From IMG/VR virus record IMGVR_UViG_3300030202_003189, positions 1 through 64,000 of that record: a stretch of 64,000 nucleotides of DNA; one strand, 5' to 3'. The notes beneath the pieces were generated by a model, which was not told the DNA's origin, did not search any database, and was given only the letters and a program-made list of their open reading frames with translations. Both the position numbers and the translations under genes were made by a program. Positions 8,993 through 17,088 of the stretch are shown here, one piece after another. Position 1 is the first letter of the stretch. Each line of letters starts with the position of its first letter.

Positions 8993-9193
8993 ATGGAACA
9001 TACACTTCAGGAAAGAATGAGTATCATGTTAGAAAGAATGGATAGGCACTATGGTCCCCATAGGATAAGAAGAATGTCCAAGGAAGAGATTAATAAGATG
9101 TCTCTTCTTTTTGGTGTTACCAGAGAAGAAAGAGAAGAATCTTATCAGATCCTAGAAACCATTGTGCCGACTATACCAAATAAACAACAATAA
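8993..9193 (+). CDS. Hypothetical protein
   Basis: 66-aa ORF in operon. Confidence 0.7.
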   Translation: MEHTLQERMSIMLERMDRHYGPHRIRRMSKEEINKMSLLFGVTREEREESYQILETIVPTIPNKQQ

Positions 9194-9199
9194 AAGATA

Positions 9200-9292
9200 A
9201 TGTCAGGGGCTAAAAAGAAAAAGAAAATAAAAATCGCTACTCATAAACGTAAAAAACGTTCAAGAAAAGATAGACATAAAACTAAACGATGA
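9200..9292 (+). CDS. Ribosomal protein bS22-like peptide (30 aa, not in ORF track)
   Basis: MSGAKKKKKIKIATHKRKKRSRKDRHKTKR; ungapped match to the Bacteroidota bS22 (AURKAIP1/COX24 family) pattern as recalled, including ATHKRKKR and RHK. Confidence 0.75.
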   Translation: MSGAKKKKKIKIATHKRKKRSRKDRHKTKR

Positions 9293-9465
9293 GACAAAGA
9301 AACTTAACTAAAGAGGAGAGAATCAAGAAATTAAAAGATAGAAGAGAATTTTTAATCACTGAATTATATGCCGCCCATAGACTGGATGGTTGGCACTTAA
9401 AAGGACTTAGCCAAGAATTAAAGAAAATACGAGAGAAGTTAGTTGATCTGGATATTACATCATAG
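9289..9465 (+). CDS. Hypothetical helical protein (58 aa, not in ORF track)
   Basis: MRQRNLTKEERIKKL...VDLDITS; ATGA overlap with the bS22-like ORF. Confidence 0.65.
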   Translation: MRQRNLTKEERIKKLKDRREFLITELYAAHRLDGWHLKGLSQELKKIREKLVDLDITS

Positions 9466-9468
9466 ATA

Positions 9469-11475
9469 CTATTGGAAGTTACAACAGAAACCACTCCAAC
9501 TAGATGAACAACAAGCTTTCCACTTAATTACCCAATTATCTTCACTGTGTGATGCTTTCCAACTACAACAACCCCCATTACCTCCTTTACAACACCAACT
9601 TTGTTTTCCTGATGGTATTAATGGTCTAGATGGAACTGGTTTACTCGACTTAGCTATACCATATATTTCGTCAAATTCTTTATGAGTTTCATCTACAGTG
9701 TACTCTCTCCCATCTCCTTTTGTTACCATAAACACAGGTGAACCTTCGTCTTCTCCTACTAATTCTTCCATGTCCATATCGTAATCCTCTTCTTCCTCTT
9801 TAAGGAAAGATTGATAACTTTCAGCCACTGAATTATTAGGCATTGGTTGATCTGGCGAAGCAGGACAAGGTTTTACTTGCATATCTGGTCCAACACAAAC
9901 TGTTTGTTCATACACCTGTCCATTAAGACATTCAAGTACGGCGTTAAAGTAATAGGTAGTCTTATAATAAGGTGAAGCTGGATTAGACTCAATATATAAT
10001 CCTAATAAACCTACCGATCTAGTGTAATTTGGACAGGTTCCTATACTTGTCATCTTGTGTACCCCATCCTTATAGAACTTTATGGTACCTTGTCCACATA
10101 ATTGAGCCTCCATACTAACTGAGTTTGCATCAAATTGTGTTATACTTAAAGTGAATGAACAAGATTCCTCACCACACATTAGAGAGCTATCACCACCACC
10201 ACACTCTTCATACTTTTCCAGTTTCTCACTAGATTCTGCAGATGGGTCGATATCATTAACTTCTCCATCACTCATTTCTATATCTACTTGATCTGACTTA
10301 ATATCAATTCTTCCTCCAGACTTTAATTGAGATTCCATACTACTACCTTTGTCTAATTCTCGTTCTTTTATTAACTTTCGTACGAGATTGGTAATATCCG
10401 ATTCTTTTATTCTTATTTTCTCTACTTCTTCTTCCCTATCTCTTACATCTGTAAACGGTTCTTTTTCTTTACTTAAAGAAGAGTTATTTGACATACTCAT
10501 ATCCCTATCTTTCATCATTTCTTTATCCAGTGGTAATTTACCAGGACAATCACTGTCTAGACACATCTGCTTTGTAGGATAACAAGTGGTACCATCCCAT
10601 AGTTGATATTCTCTACATCTAACACATCTTGGATTTCCAAACTTATCTGGCATCCCACATGTCCATTTATTTGATTCTGCACATTGGTCCTGACAATCTT
10701 GTGTTGTAGTATAAGGACAATGACCAGCATCTACTACAGTCTGAGAACATGGAGTAGTACAGTCATGACATCTATAAAACTCTTGTGGGTTTCCAACACC
10801 ACAGGTATTATTACAATCAGTATAAGCGTTTGCTCCTGAAAACTGTCCACTACCATCACCAGGATCTATACAACTACCATTAACACAATCATAAGTTGGT
10901 GCCATAACTCCCAGTTGACACATTTGACAATCTCCGTATGGTCCCTGTATGTTTGTTATTGAGTCTGTACCCATCATCATCATGTGCTGTCCTGTCGAAG
11001 GAACACTTACGGGACCAACATACTCTAAACAGTAATCCTGTGGATTTGGTCCTTGAGAACCACTAGTGTATTTTAATGTAGTGCCCGGTGATGGAGAACC
11101 CATCCCTAGCCAAAAGGCCTCACTATTTTGATGAGTTGCATAATTTTGTAGACTTCCATTATTAGGATTTTGTGATGCGCTATTATATGGAGATGGTGCT
11201 CCCATATACCATCCATAACTACTAACTGGACTTGAACCATTCGCCCCTGCGACGCCCTGACCGTATTGAGCAATTGCAGCATCTATACTAAAACGGTCCC
11301 AGTATCTAATACCACTTCCTAAAAATACAGCATTAGAACAATCGAACCATTCATGATACGTGTTATTATTACTTCCTATTTGTTCTGATAATGTATTCTT
11401 GGAGTTTAATGGTTTAAGACCCATTAATGTTCTACCTCTATTTAGTTCTTCTGTGAGTTTTTTCGGTGTTTTCAT
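9469..11475 (-). CDS. Cys-rich modular protein with LxE leader motifs (putative virion cargo polyprotein)
   Basis: N-terminal LTEELNRGRTLMGL and LSEQ, internal KIRIKESDITNLVRKLIKE, several Cys-rich modules, TATTTATA upstream. Confidence 0.85.
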   Translation of the reverse strand: MKTPKKLTEELNRGRTLMGLKPLNSKNTLSEQIGSNNNTYHEWFDCSNAVFLGSGIRYWDRFSIDAAIAQYGQGVAGANGSSPVSSYGWYMGAPSPYNSASQNPNNGSLQNYATHQNSEAFWLGMGSPSPGTTLKYTSGSQGPNPQDYCLEYVGPVSVPSTGQHMMMMGTDSITNIQGPYGDCQMCQLGVMAPTYDCVNGSCIDPGDGSGQFSGANAYTDCNNTCGVGNPQEFYRCHDCTTPCSQTVVDAGHCPYTTTQDCQDQCAESNKWTCGMPDKFGNPRCVRCREYQLWDGTTCYPTKQMCLDSDCPGKLPLDKEMMKDRDMSMSNNSSLSKEKEPFTDVRDREEEVEKIRIKESDITNLVRKLIKERELDKGSSMESQLKSGGRIDIKSDQVDIEMSDGEVNDIDPSAESSEKLEKYEECGGGDSSLMCGEESCSFTLSITQFDANSVSMEAQLCGQGTIKFYKDGVHKMTSIGTCPNYTRSVGLLGLYIESNPASPYYKTTYYFNAVLECLNGQVYEQTVCVGPDMQVKPCPASPDQPMPNNSVAESYQSFLKEEEEDYDMDMEELVGEDEGSPVFMVTKGDGREYTVDETHKEFDEIYGIAKSSKPVPSRPLIPSGKQSWCCKGGNGGCCSWKASHSEDNWVIKWKACCSSSWSGFCCNFQ

Positions 11476-11552
11476 GTTTTTATTTAAGTTTGTTTTTGTA
11501 TAGTTTATTGTACATTACATATAAATACCCACGAAATAGAATAAAGTAATCA

Positions 11553-12575
11553 TTAAAATAATTCTTTAATTCTACTTATTTCATCATCTTCTGGATTTAT
11601 TTTTTTGGCACCAATGTTAGGGTTAGTTGGTTCTGATGGTCCACGATATTCCTTATCAATTTCTAGGGTTCCAGTATTTGAACAAGAGATTTCACTAAAA
11701 CCAGAAGAGTGGTCACCACCTATACATACAGTATGTGAATCTATTCCTTGGGTATACTCACATTCAATTTTAGCAGTATAGTTTCCAGATATTGTGGGAG
11801 GTACGACATATTCAGTCCCATAATTATTAAAATTTGATGCATTAAAACCTCCAGGTCCGCTAATAGTTAAATCCATACTTCCTGAGAAACCTGAATTACA
11901 ACCTTTTAATTTTAATGTTTGAGTTGATGAATCAAAAACAAAGTATTCCATAACACACTCCGCATCTGTTGGAGGAGGATTAAGATTTTGTATACCAGGT
12001 TGACTAAGACCTGATTGATTTAATGGTTTTATAATATTAAGTCCTGGGATGTTTGTAGTACATGTTGTATTAGGAGGTGGCGGAGGTGGATTAATTTGAG
12101 AACAATTATCTTGACAATATTCCATAGAACCAAATTCGTTCCCAGTTGCAAAAAACGAAGTTCCCTCATGTGAAAGTCCTACTTGTGTACAATTAGGATT
12201 TCCTTGTAAGTCGTGTCCACATACAAATTTAGAACTACATAAATTACCTCCAGGATGTGGATTCAATGAAATACCACCACTACCACTAATAGGAGTAACA
12301 TTTTTAACATACCAAGCAAGGTTACGATATTTGATATACATACCCACTTGAGGTGTTTGTCCACCGATATCACTAACAGCAGACCATGTAAGTGTTTTAT
12401 TCTGATAATCAGGCCAAGGGTCTCCATTTGGATCACAAGCCCCATATGTTCCACCAATTGGCCAGGTATTACTACAACTCCAGTCACCATAACCATTACA
12501 CCAGTCAGCACTTATTTTATAAGAAGTGGTCTGTTCATTTAATAGTTTATTGTATTTGTCTAATGATTCCCTCAT
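11553..12575 (-). CDS. Cys-rich modular protein with LLNEQ leader and EISRIKELF tail
   Basis: True start likely MRESLDKYNKLLNEQ at 12575, just downstream of TATTTATA; shares two modules with 9469-11475. Confidence 0.85.
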   Translation of the reverse strand: MRESLDKYNKLLNEQTTSYKISADWCNGYGDWSCSNTWPIGGTYGACDPNGDPWPDYQNKTLTWSAVSDIGGQTPQVGMYIKYRNLAWYVKNVTPISGSGGISLNPHPGGNLCSSKFVCGHDLQGNPNCTQVGLSHEGTSFFATGNEFGSMEYCQDNCSQINPPPPPPNTTCTTNIPGLNIIKPLNQSGLSQPGIQNLNPPPTDAECVMEYFVFDSSTQTLKLKGCNSGFSGSMDLTISGPGGFNASNFNNYGTEYVVPPTISGNYTAKIECEYTQGIDSHTVCIGGDHSSGFSEISCSNTGTLEIDKEYRGPSEPTNPNIGAKKINPEDDEISRIKELF

Positions 12576-12580
12576 ATTAA

Positions 12581-12588
12581 TATAAATA
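12581..12588 (-). promoter_or_regulatory. Putative phage late promoter TATTTATA
   Basis: Sense-strand motif 5 nt upstream of the 12575 start. Confidence 0.6.
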
Positions 12589-12635
12589 CTCACTACAGAG
12601 ATTAAAGTGTAGGGGGCTGGGGGAAAGATACCGAA

Positions 12636-12715
12636 GGTTCGAGGTACACAAGAGATAAGTAAAAAACAAGAAAGGAGGGATGGGAGGATAGTACCTTCTG
12701 GTTCGAGGTGCACAA
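12636..12715 (+). repeat. Two 16-bp direct repeats GGTTCGAGGTRCACAA
   Basis: Copies at 12636-12651 and 12700-12715, one mismatch, in a divergent intergenic region. Confidence 0.6.
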
Positions 12716-12937
12716 TAGATAACTTTAAGTTCTAAGTCTTATAACTCCTCTCCCATTATTCCCCCTCACTTCGTTCAGGTAATGGTCGTGTACTTATAAG
12801 ACTTAGTCCTCCTTAGTGAATGTTAGAGTGAAACAACAGAGGATTGTGTTAATGCATTCAAAGGTCTTAAAGAAACTAGATTAGTTTAGACCTTTACATA
12901 AGGAATAACGTGCATATTTATAATAAAAACAGTTATT

Positions 12938-13168
12938 ATGAATGAAAAAGAAAAAGCAATGAGATATAACACTCTAATGAGTGAGTATATACGTTTAGAG
13001 AACATGATGAAACAAGTTCCTCAGTTATCACTAGACGAACAAATGAAAAACATAGATGCAACCCATAAGGTATTATATACACCAGAAAATGAAGCTCTAG
13101 TTAATCAGTATAAATCAAGAATGTATGCGATACAACATGAGGCGCAAACAAAACAACTAATCAGATGA
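12938..13168 (+). CDS. Hypothetical protein
   Basis: 76 aa, preceded by TATTTATA at 12915. Confidence 0.8.
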   Translation: MNEKEKAMRYNTLMSEYIRLENMMKQVPQLSLDEQMKNIDATHKVLYTPENEALVNQYKSRMYAIQHEAQTKQLIR

Positions 13169-14115
13169 AAACAAGACGTGTAAAGATTTCCCAATCCCAA
13201 CTAGCAAGACTAGTAGAAAATAAAGTAAATGAAAATACTGGTGGTGTAGGAAATCTATCCACTGACGACTCTCCTAATATAGGTATGGGTTCGTCTAAGT
13301 TAGTAACAAAGACTCATATGAACAAACCAGCAGGTAGGTTAAACATTATGGGTGGTACAAATCCACAACAGTTTAAGGAAGGAGGAAGAAAAGAACCTCA
13401 AGGTATGTCTTATAAAAAAGAAATGATGGGAGAAAATAAGTCTAGTGAAAGATTAGATGGTAACAATATAGTAGTAATATGGCCAAGTAGACAATCACAA
13501 CAAGAGATGTCAGGTAAGTTAGACCAAATGGGACTAGAGTTACCAGATGAATGGGAAGTAGGAATGGCTTGTCATTTATGTTGTTGTCCTCTTCATATGT
13601 CAATACAACCTTGTGACTATGGTAAACCTAATAGAAGAAGAGGAGACGGTATGTATGAAAACTCTCACACTATTCCACATAGTGACCAACAAGATTTCTT
13701 TAACGAAGAAGAGGAAGATGAGTATGTAGATACTAGAACACACTTACCTGATGATGGTGGACTCGGTGGTGGAGGAGGTGGAACTCCTTCAGTAGGAGGA
13801 ATACCAGGTTTACCAGTAGGACCTAAAGGTAAAGTAAGAAATAATCCATATAAACCAGGAAAATTAAAAGAAGAGATTACAGCAGGTGGACCTTGTATTT
13901 GTAGAAAGTGGGTGATGGGTTCTGATGGTATAAACAAATGTGTCAGTTATAGTCCTCCTGGATGTGCTGATGCCCCATTTAAGAAAGCCAATGATGATGA
14001 AGATACTGTAAATAAAAAGAAGATTAATCCTAGAGTAATAAGAAGACAAGATAGGGATAAAGCTAGAAGAAGACCTTACTCTTCTAAAGCAAGAGACATG
14101 AGAGGAAGTAGATAA
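13165..14115 (+). CDS. LxE-motif protein with two small Cys-rich modules
   Basis: RRVKISQSQLARLVE leader; CHLCCCP..C and CICRKW..KC..Y...C modules between LxE sites. Confidence 0.85.
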   Translation: MKTRRVKISQSQLARLVENKVNENTGGVGNLSTDDSPNIGMGSSKLVTKTHMNKPAGRLNIMGGTNPQQFKEGGRKEPQGMSYKKEMMGENKSSERLDGNNIVVIWPSRQSQQEMSGKLDQMGLELPDEWEVGMACHLCCCPLHMSIQPCDYGKPNRRRGDGMYENSHTIPHSDQQDFFNEEEEDEYVDTRTHLPDDGGLGGGGGGTPSVGGIPGLPVGPKGKVRNNPYKPGKLKEEITAGGPCICRKWVMGSDGINKCVSYSPPGCADAPFKKANDDEDTVNKKKINPRVIRRQDRDKARRRPYSSKARDMRGSR

Positions 14116-14127
14116 AAGAATACAACA

Positions 14128-14445
14128 ATGAAAAACTTAATAAGAATAATCAAAGAAGAACTCTCATTACTCCAAGAGAAAGAGAAGTGTTGTAGAAGAT
14201 ATGAATGGATGGGTGGTGAATGGAAATGTACTAAATATAGAAAATGTGCAGATGGTGAAAAACCTGTAGGACAATCACCTCAAGGTATACAAGAAGATAA
14301 AGAAAAAGAATGTTGTGTATGTTATGAAAAGAAACCTGTACTAGGTCATGTTCAAACAGGACCACACGATGGTGATGGATGGAAATGGAAGTGTTGTGGA
14401 TATAAACCATGTAGTGAACTAACTCAAGGTTTCACTCTAGGATAA
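14128..14445 (+). CDS. Small precursor with two Cys-rich peptide modules
   Basis: IIKEE/LLQE leader; CCRRYEW..WKC..Y.KC and CCVCY..WKWKCC.Y.PC separated by IQE. Confidence 0.85.
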   Translation: MKNLIRIIKEELSLLQEKEKCCRRYEWMGGEWKCTKYRKCADGEKPVGQSPQGIQEDKEKECCVCYEKKPVLGHVQTGPHDGDGWKWKCCGYKPCSELTQGFTLG

Positions 14446-14516
14446 ATGTAATGGGATTCCATTGAAGACTATACACTAAAACACCATTGAGGTTGTATAC
14501 ATTTAGACACGCAAAC

Positions 14517-14542
14517 AAAGAGACCCTTAGGGGTCTTTTTTT
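14517..14542 (+). terminator. Intrinsic terminator
   Basis: AAAGAGACCC-TTAG-GGGTCTTTTTTT hairpin plus T-tract. Confidence 0.8.
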
Positions 14543-14953
14543 ATGGGATGCGATCCCCTATATGTTCCCCACTAAGAACGTTTAATACATGTCACCATAT
14601 ACAGTGTATGAGGGTTTATTTATCCTTTACACAGTACTTTTCCCCATTTGTACCATAATTATTGTTAAAGGATTCCTTTACTAATCATTACTACGGAGCA
14701 CTCTTTACCACCATTTCCCACTTACTACCACTATCTACCACCACTATAATGTGGGTTTTCATCGGCAAAAACCGTGATTTATAAAATGACACTATGAGTG
14801 GATCTAGTAACTAAACCTCGAAAAACGTCTCTACCTGCGTTGCCCCTTTCGGAAATTGTTTCATTTAAGTCCCGGATTTTTTGACAAGTTGCTAACAAAT
14901 CGTGGATTCTCTCGTGGAAAACCCCGATAATTGTTGATAACTAATGGTTCCAT

Positions 14954-15092
14954 AATTAGGCCACGTTAATTATTAGTTGTACCTTTAGGGTGCAGGTGGG
15001 TGGGTAGTGCGATGCCCGGAACTATTTCACGTGCAAGCATACCTTCCCGCCCGCCCTACAAAGGTACGGAAAATTCCTGACATGGCCAAATT
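14954..15092. ncRNA. Candidate structured small RNA between convergent promoter-like arms
   Basis: Imperfect inverted repeat; GGTGGGTGGGTAG can pair with CTTCCCGCCCGCC using G-U pairs; no ORF. Confidence 0.4.
15059..15090 (-). promoter_or_regulatory. Bacteroidota sigma-70 promoter TTTG-N20-TACCTTTG (minus strand)
   Basis: Exact consensus and spacing; points into non-coding GC-rich sequence. Confidence 0.7.
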
Positions 15093-15229
15093 ATTTACCT
15101 GACAATATTACCACTGTTAATAACTCCTGGGAAAGTTATGAACATCTAAATTATTTTGTCACATTGTCATAGATTAAATTAGGCCACGTGGAAAACATTT
15201 CGTACCTTAGGGGTGGTAGGGCGGGCACC

Positions 15230-15550
15230 TAGGCCCGTGTCCTAACCACGCTAGCTAGTCACTCCCTGTCCCTTACCCCCCTGACCATCCACTACACACC
15301 CCCCTGGGGGTAGGTGGCATGACCCCCCTATGAATGAATGAGTACCCCCTAGGGGCCCCCTCCCCCCTGGGTACCCCCCGTGTATCCCCTCTTACAGTAG
15401 GTATGACACCACTCATAAGGGGCGGCGACGCTGCAAATAAATTTTCTGAGAAATTTTTGCTTAGAGGTTTGAGTTATTAATTACCCTATAATAAAAGAGG
15501 GGGTGGGTATAATTTGGTTTTAGTGAAAAATTTTTTGCCAGAATTTTTTA
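15230..15550. other. GC-rich C/G-tract island followed by phased A/T tracts (possible pac/terminus/origin)
   Basis: Many C5-C6 runs and short palindromes at 15275-15425, then AAATTTT-type tracts about one helical turn apart. Confidence 0.4.
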
Positions 15551-15574
15551 ATGGATGTTTTGGTATTTATAGTT

Positions 15575-15682
15575 ATGATTAAAATAAAACACATATTGTT
15601 TATACTACTATTATTTTCCGCAGGGTGTTCAGTAACTAGTGACGTTCCTAAGGATCATAAGGAGTGTTGTACAAAGAAATGA
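15575..15682 (+). CDS. Small lipoprotein (35 aa, not in ORF track)
   Basis: MIKIKHILFILLLFSAG-CSVTSDVPKDHKECCTKK has a lipobox; TATTTATA at 15564. Confidence 0.65.
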   Translation: MIKIKHILFILLLFSAGCSVTSDVPKDHKECCTKK

Positions 15683-15765
15683 TATTAGGGACTATAATAA
15701 TAGTGAGTATCTATTTAACCTTTAGATTTATATTCTGGGTAATAGAAAAATTAGGGGATGATTAA
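15679..15765 (+). CDS. Small membrane peptide (28 aa)
   Basis: ATGA-coupled hydrophobic ORF. Confidence 0.45.
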   Translation: MILGTIIIVSIYLTFRFIFWVIEKLGDD

Positions 15766-15994
15766 AATATTAAAATTTATAAAGAGTATAGTAGACCCTA
15801 ATTGGTGGGCTGAGAAGATTGGTATGAAGTCTGGTTTTTATGAATGGGCTATGAAATCTCCATTACGTAAATGGGCTCTTAGTTTAGAAGGGTGGAAATG
15901 GTGGTTCTATCAAATAGTTTTTTGTGGTGGTTTATTTATAGGATTAGAATATCTTCTCAATCAAATCGGAATGACTTTATTACCATGGAGGTAA
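15758..15994 (+). CDS. Trp-rich small membrane protein
   Basis: 78 aa with C-terminal TM helix. Confidence 0.75.
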   Translation: MIKILKFIKSIVDPNWWAEKIGMKSGFYEWAMKSPLRKWALSLEGWKWWFYQIVFCGGLFIGLEYLLNQIGMTLLPWR

Positions 15995-15995
15995 G

Positions 15996-16070
15996 TCGGG
16001 GTGGCAGGATTCGAACCTGCGGCCTCCACGTCCCAAACGTGGCGCGATAACCGGGCTACGCTACACCCCG
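15996..16070 (-). tRNA. trnP: tRNA-Pro (UGG), CCA not encoded
   Basis: Minus strand CGGGGTG acceptor stem, CCACG-TTTGGGA-CGTGG anticodon arm, GCAGGTTCGAATCCTGC T-arm. Confidence 0.97.
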
Positions 16071-16316
16071 TAACTTAGTGTAAGAACTTGGACTAATAAT
16101 GTAGTTCCATAACTCTCCACCACATTCATCATCTTCATCAACGAGATTTTCTTCTACTGTAATATCTTTAGGGAGAATTCGTTTCAATTTTTCAATATCT
16201 ACTTTTCTCCAATAACCAAATCTTAAACTTAAGGAACCAAGTCTATAAGAAGTACCTACCTCAAAGGAAGTAAACTCGTTTGCTATTTGTTCTAAGGATT
16301 CAATTGATATTCTCAT
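16056..16316 (-). CDS. Hypothetical protein; stop codon lies inside tRNA-Pro
   Basis: MRISIESLEQ start preferred; last codons CGG GGT GTA GCG TAG are the tRNA 5-prime end. Confidence 0.7.
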   Translation of the reverse strand: MRISIESLEQIANEFTSFEVGTSYRLGSLSLRFGYWRKVDIEKLKRILPKDITVEENLVDEDDECGGELWNYIISPSSYTKLRGVA

Positions 16317-16436
16317 TGTTTTTATTTTGTTATTCTTAGACCGAACCACCAAAGGTCCAATCTTATGAACGGTTTGTTTTTATGTTTACCAAATCCAAAA
16401 CGTAACATTCTGTTTTCTTTGTTAAGTTTTATCTTT

Positions 16437-16727
16437 TTAATCTTCACCTCTTATTGCGTCATGGTCATACTCTCCTTCACATACTCCATCATCGTACATT
16501 ATGGTGTTATCATAATCTCCAAGTTTACGAGATCTTATTTTATCCGTATCAGGATTTCTTTCGTATATAATTTCTTTTTTTTTATCTGGGGTTTTATGAT
16601 TATCCCATTTTTTTAGGTTTTCCATAAATTCCTTATGGTCTTCTATTCTTCTACCTTCTTTGATTGCATATTTTCCTAAATGATAAATTGCTATTATTAC
16701 TACTATTAGTATTATTGTTCCTGTCAT
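16437..16727 (-). CDS. Membrane-anchored hypothetical protein
   Basis: 96 aa, N-terminal TM helix. Confidence 0.75.
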   Translation of the reverse strand: MTGTIILIVVIIAIYHLGKYAIKEGRRIEDHKEFMENLKKWDNHKTPDKKKEIIYERNPDTDKIRSRKLGDYDNTIMYDDGVCEGEYDHDAIRGED

Positions 16728-16731
16728 ATTT

Positions 16732-16926
16732 TTATTTTATTTGAGCTTCGTACCATTCTTCATAAGTCATTGGTCTTTCCATTAACTGTTGTCTAACATC
16801 TAGTGAGTATGCCGCGTATTCACTTGCCATTTCTTTTGTTTCCTTAAGAATAGCTTTTCTAATTTGTTCTCTTACGACGGTATTCACTGGAATCCATTGT
16901 TTTAATAGTTGGTCTACTTCTTTCAT
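16732..16926 (-). CDS. Hypothetical protein
   Basis: 64 aa directly behind a host-type promoter. Confidence 0.75.
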   Translation of the reverse strand: MKEVDQLLKQWIPVNTVVREQIRKAILKETKEMASEYAAYSLDVRQQLMERPMTYEEWYEAQIK

Positions 16927-16930
16927 AGGA

Positions 16931-16962
16931 CAAAGATAAGCAATTATAATGATGTGGCCAAG
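16931..16962 (-). promoter_or_regulatory. Bacteroidota promoter CTTG-N20-TATCTTTG
   Basis: 4 nt upstream of ATG 16926, same geometry as at 2839 and 6605. Confidence 0.75.
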
Positions 16963-17088
16963 AAAGTCTACTATAAAATTGACCGCCGGAACTCGGAACC
17001 GGACTGTCGTCCGGACCTTCGGTCTCGTCTCCCCCGACCCCAGCCCCTTTTCTTTAATTTATGGTATTTATAATAAAACAATTATAAG

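Noticed and set aside
11553-12713. Track start at 12713 for the minus-strand Cys-rich gene (similarly 41906, 7648, 7800, 16352, 40463)
   Set aside because: Downstream ATGs align with promoter motifs, tags or operon coupling; the extensions look non-coding
12636-12715. GGTTCGA-containing repeats as a tRNA fragment or mini-CRISPR array
   Set aside because: No cloverleaf can be formed; only two 16-bp copies, no palindrome and no cas genes
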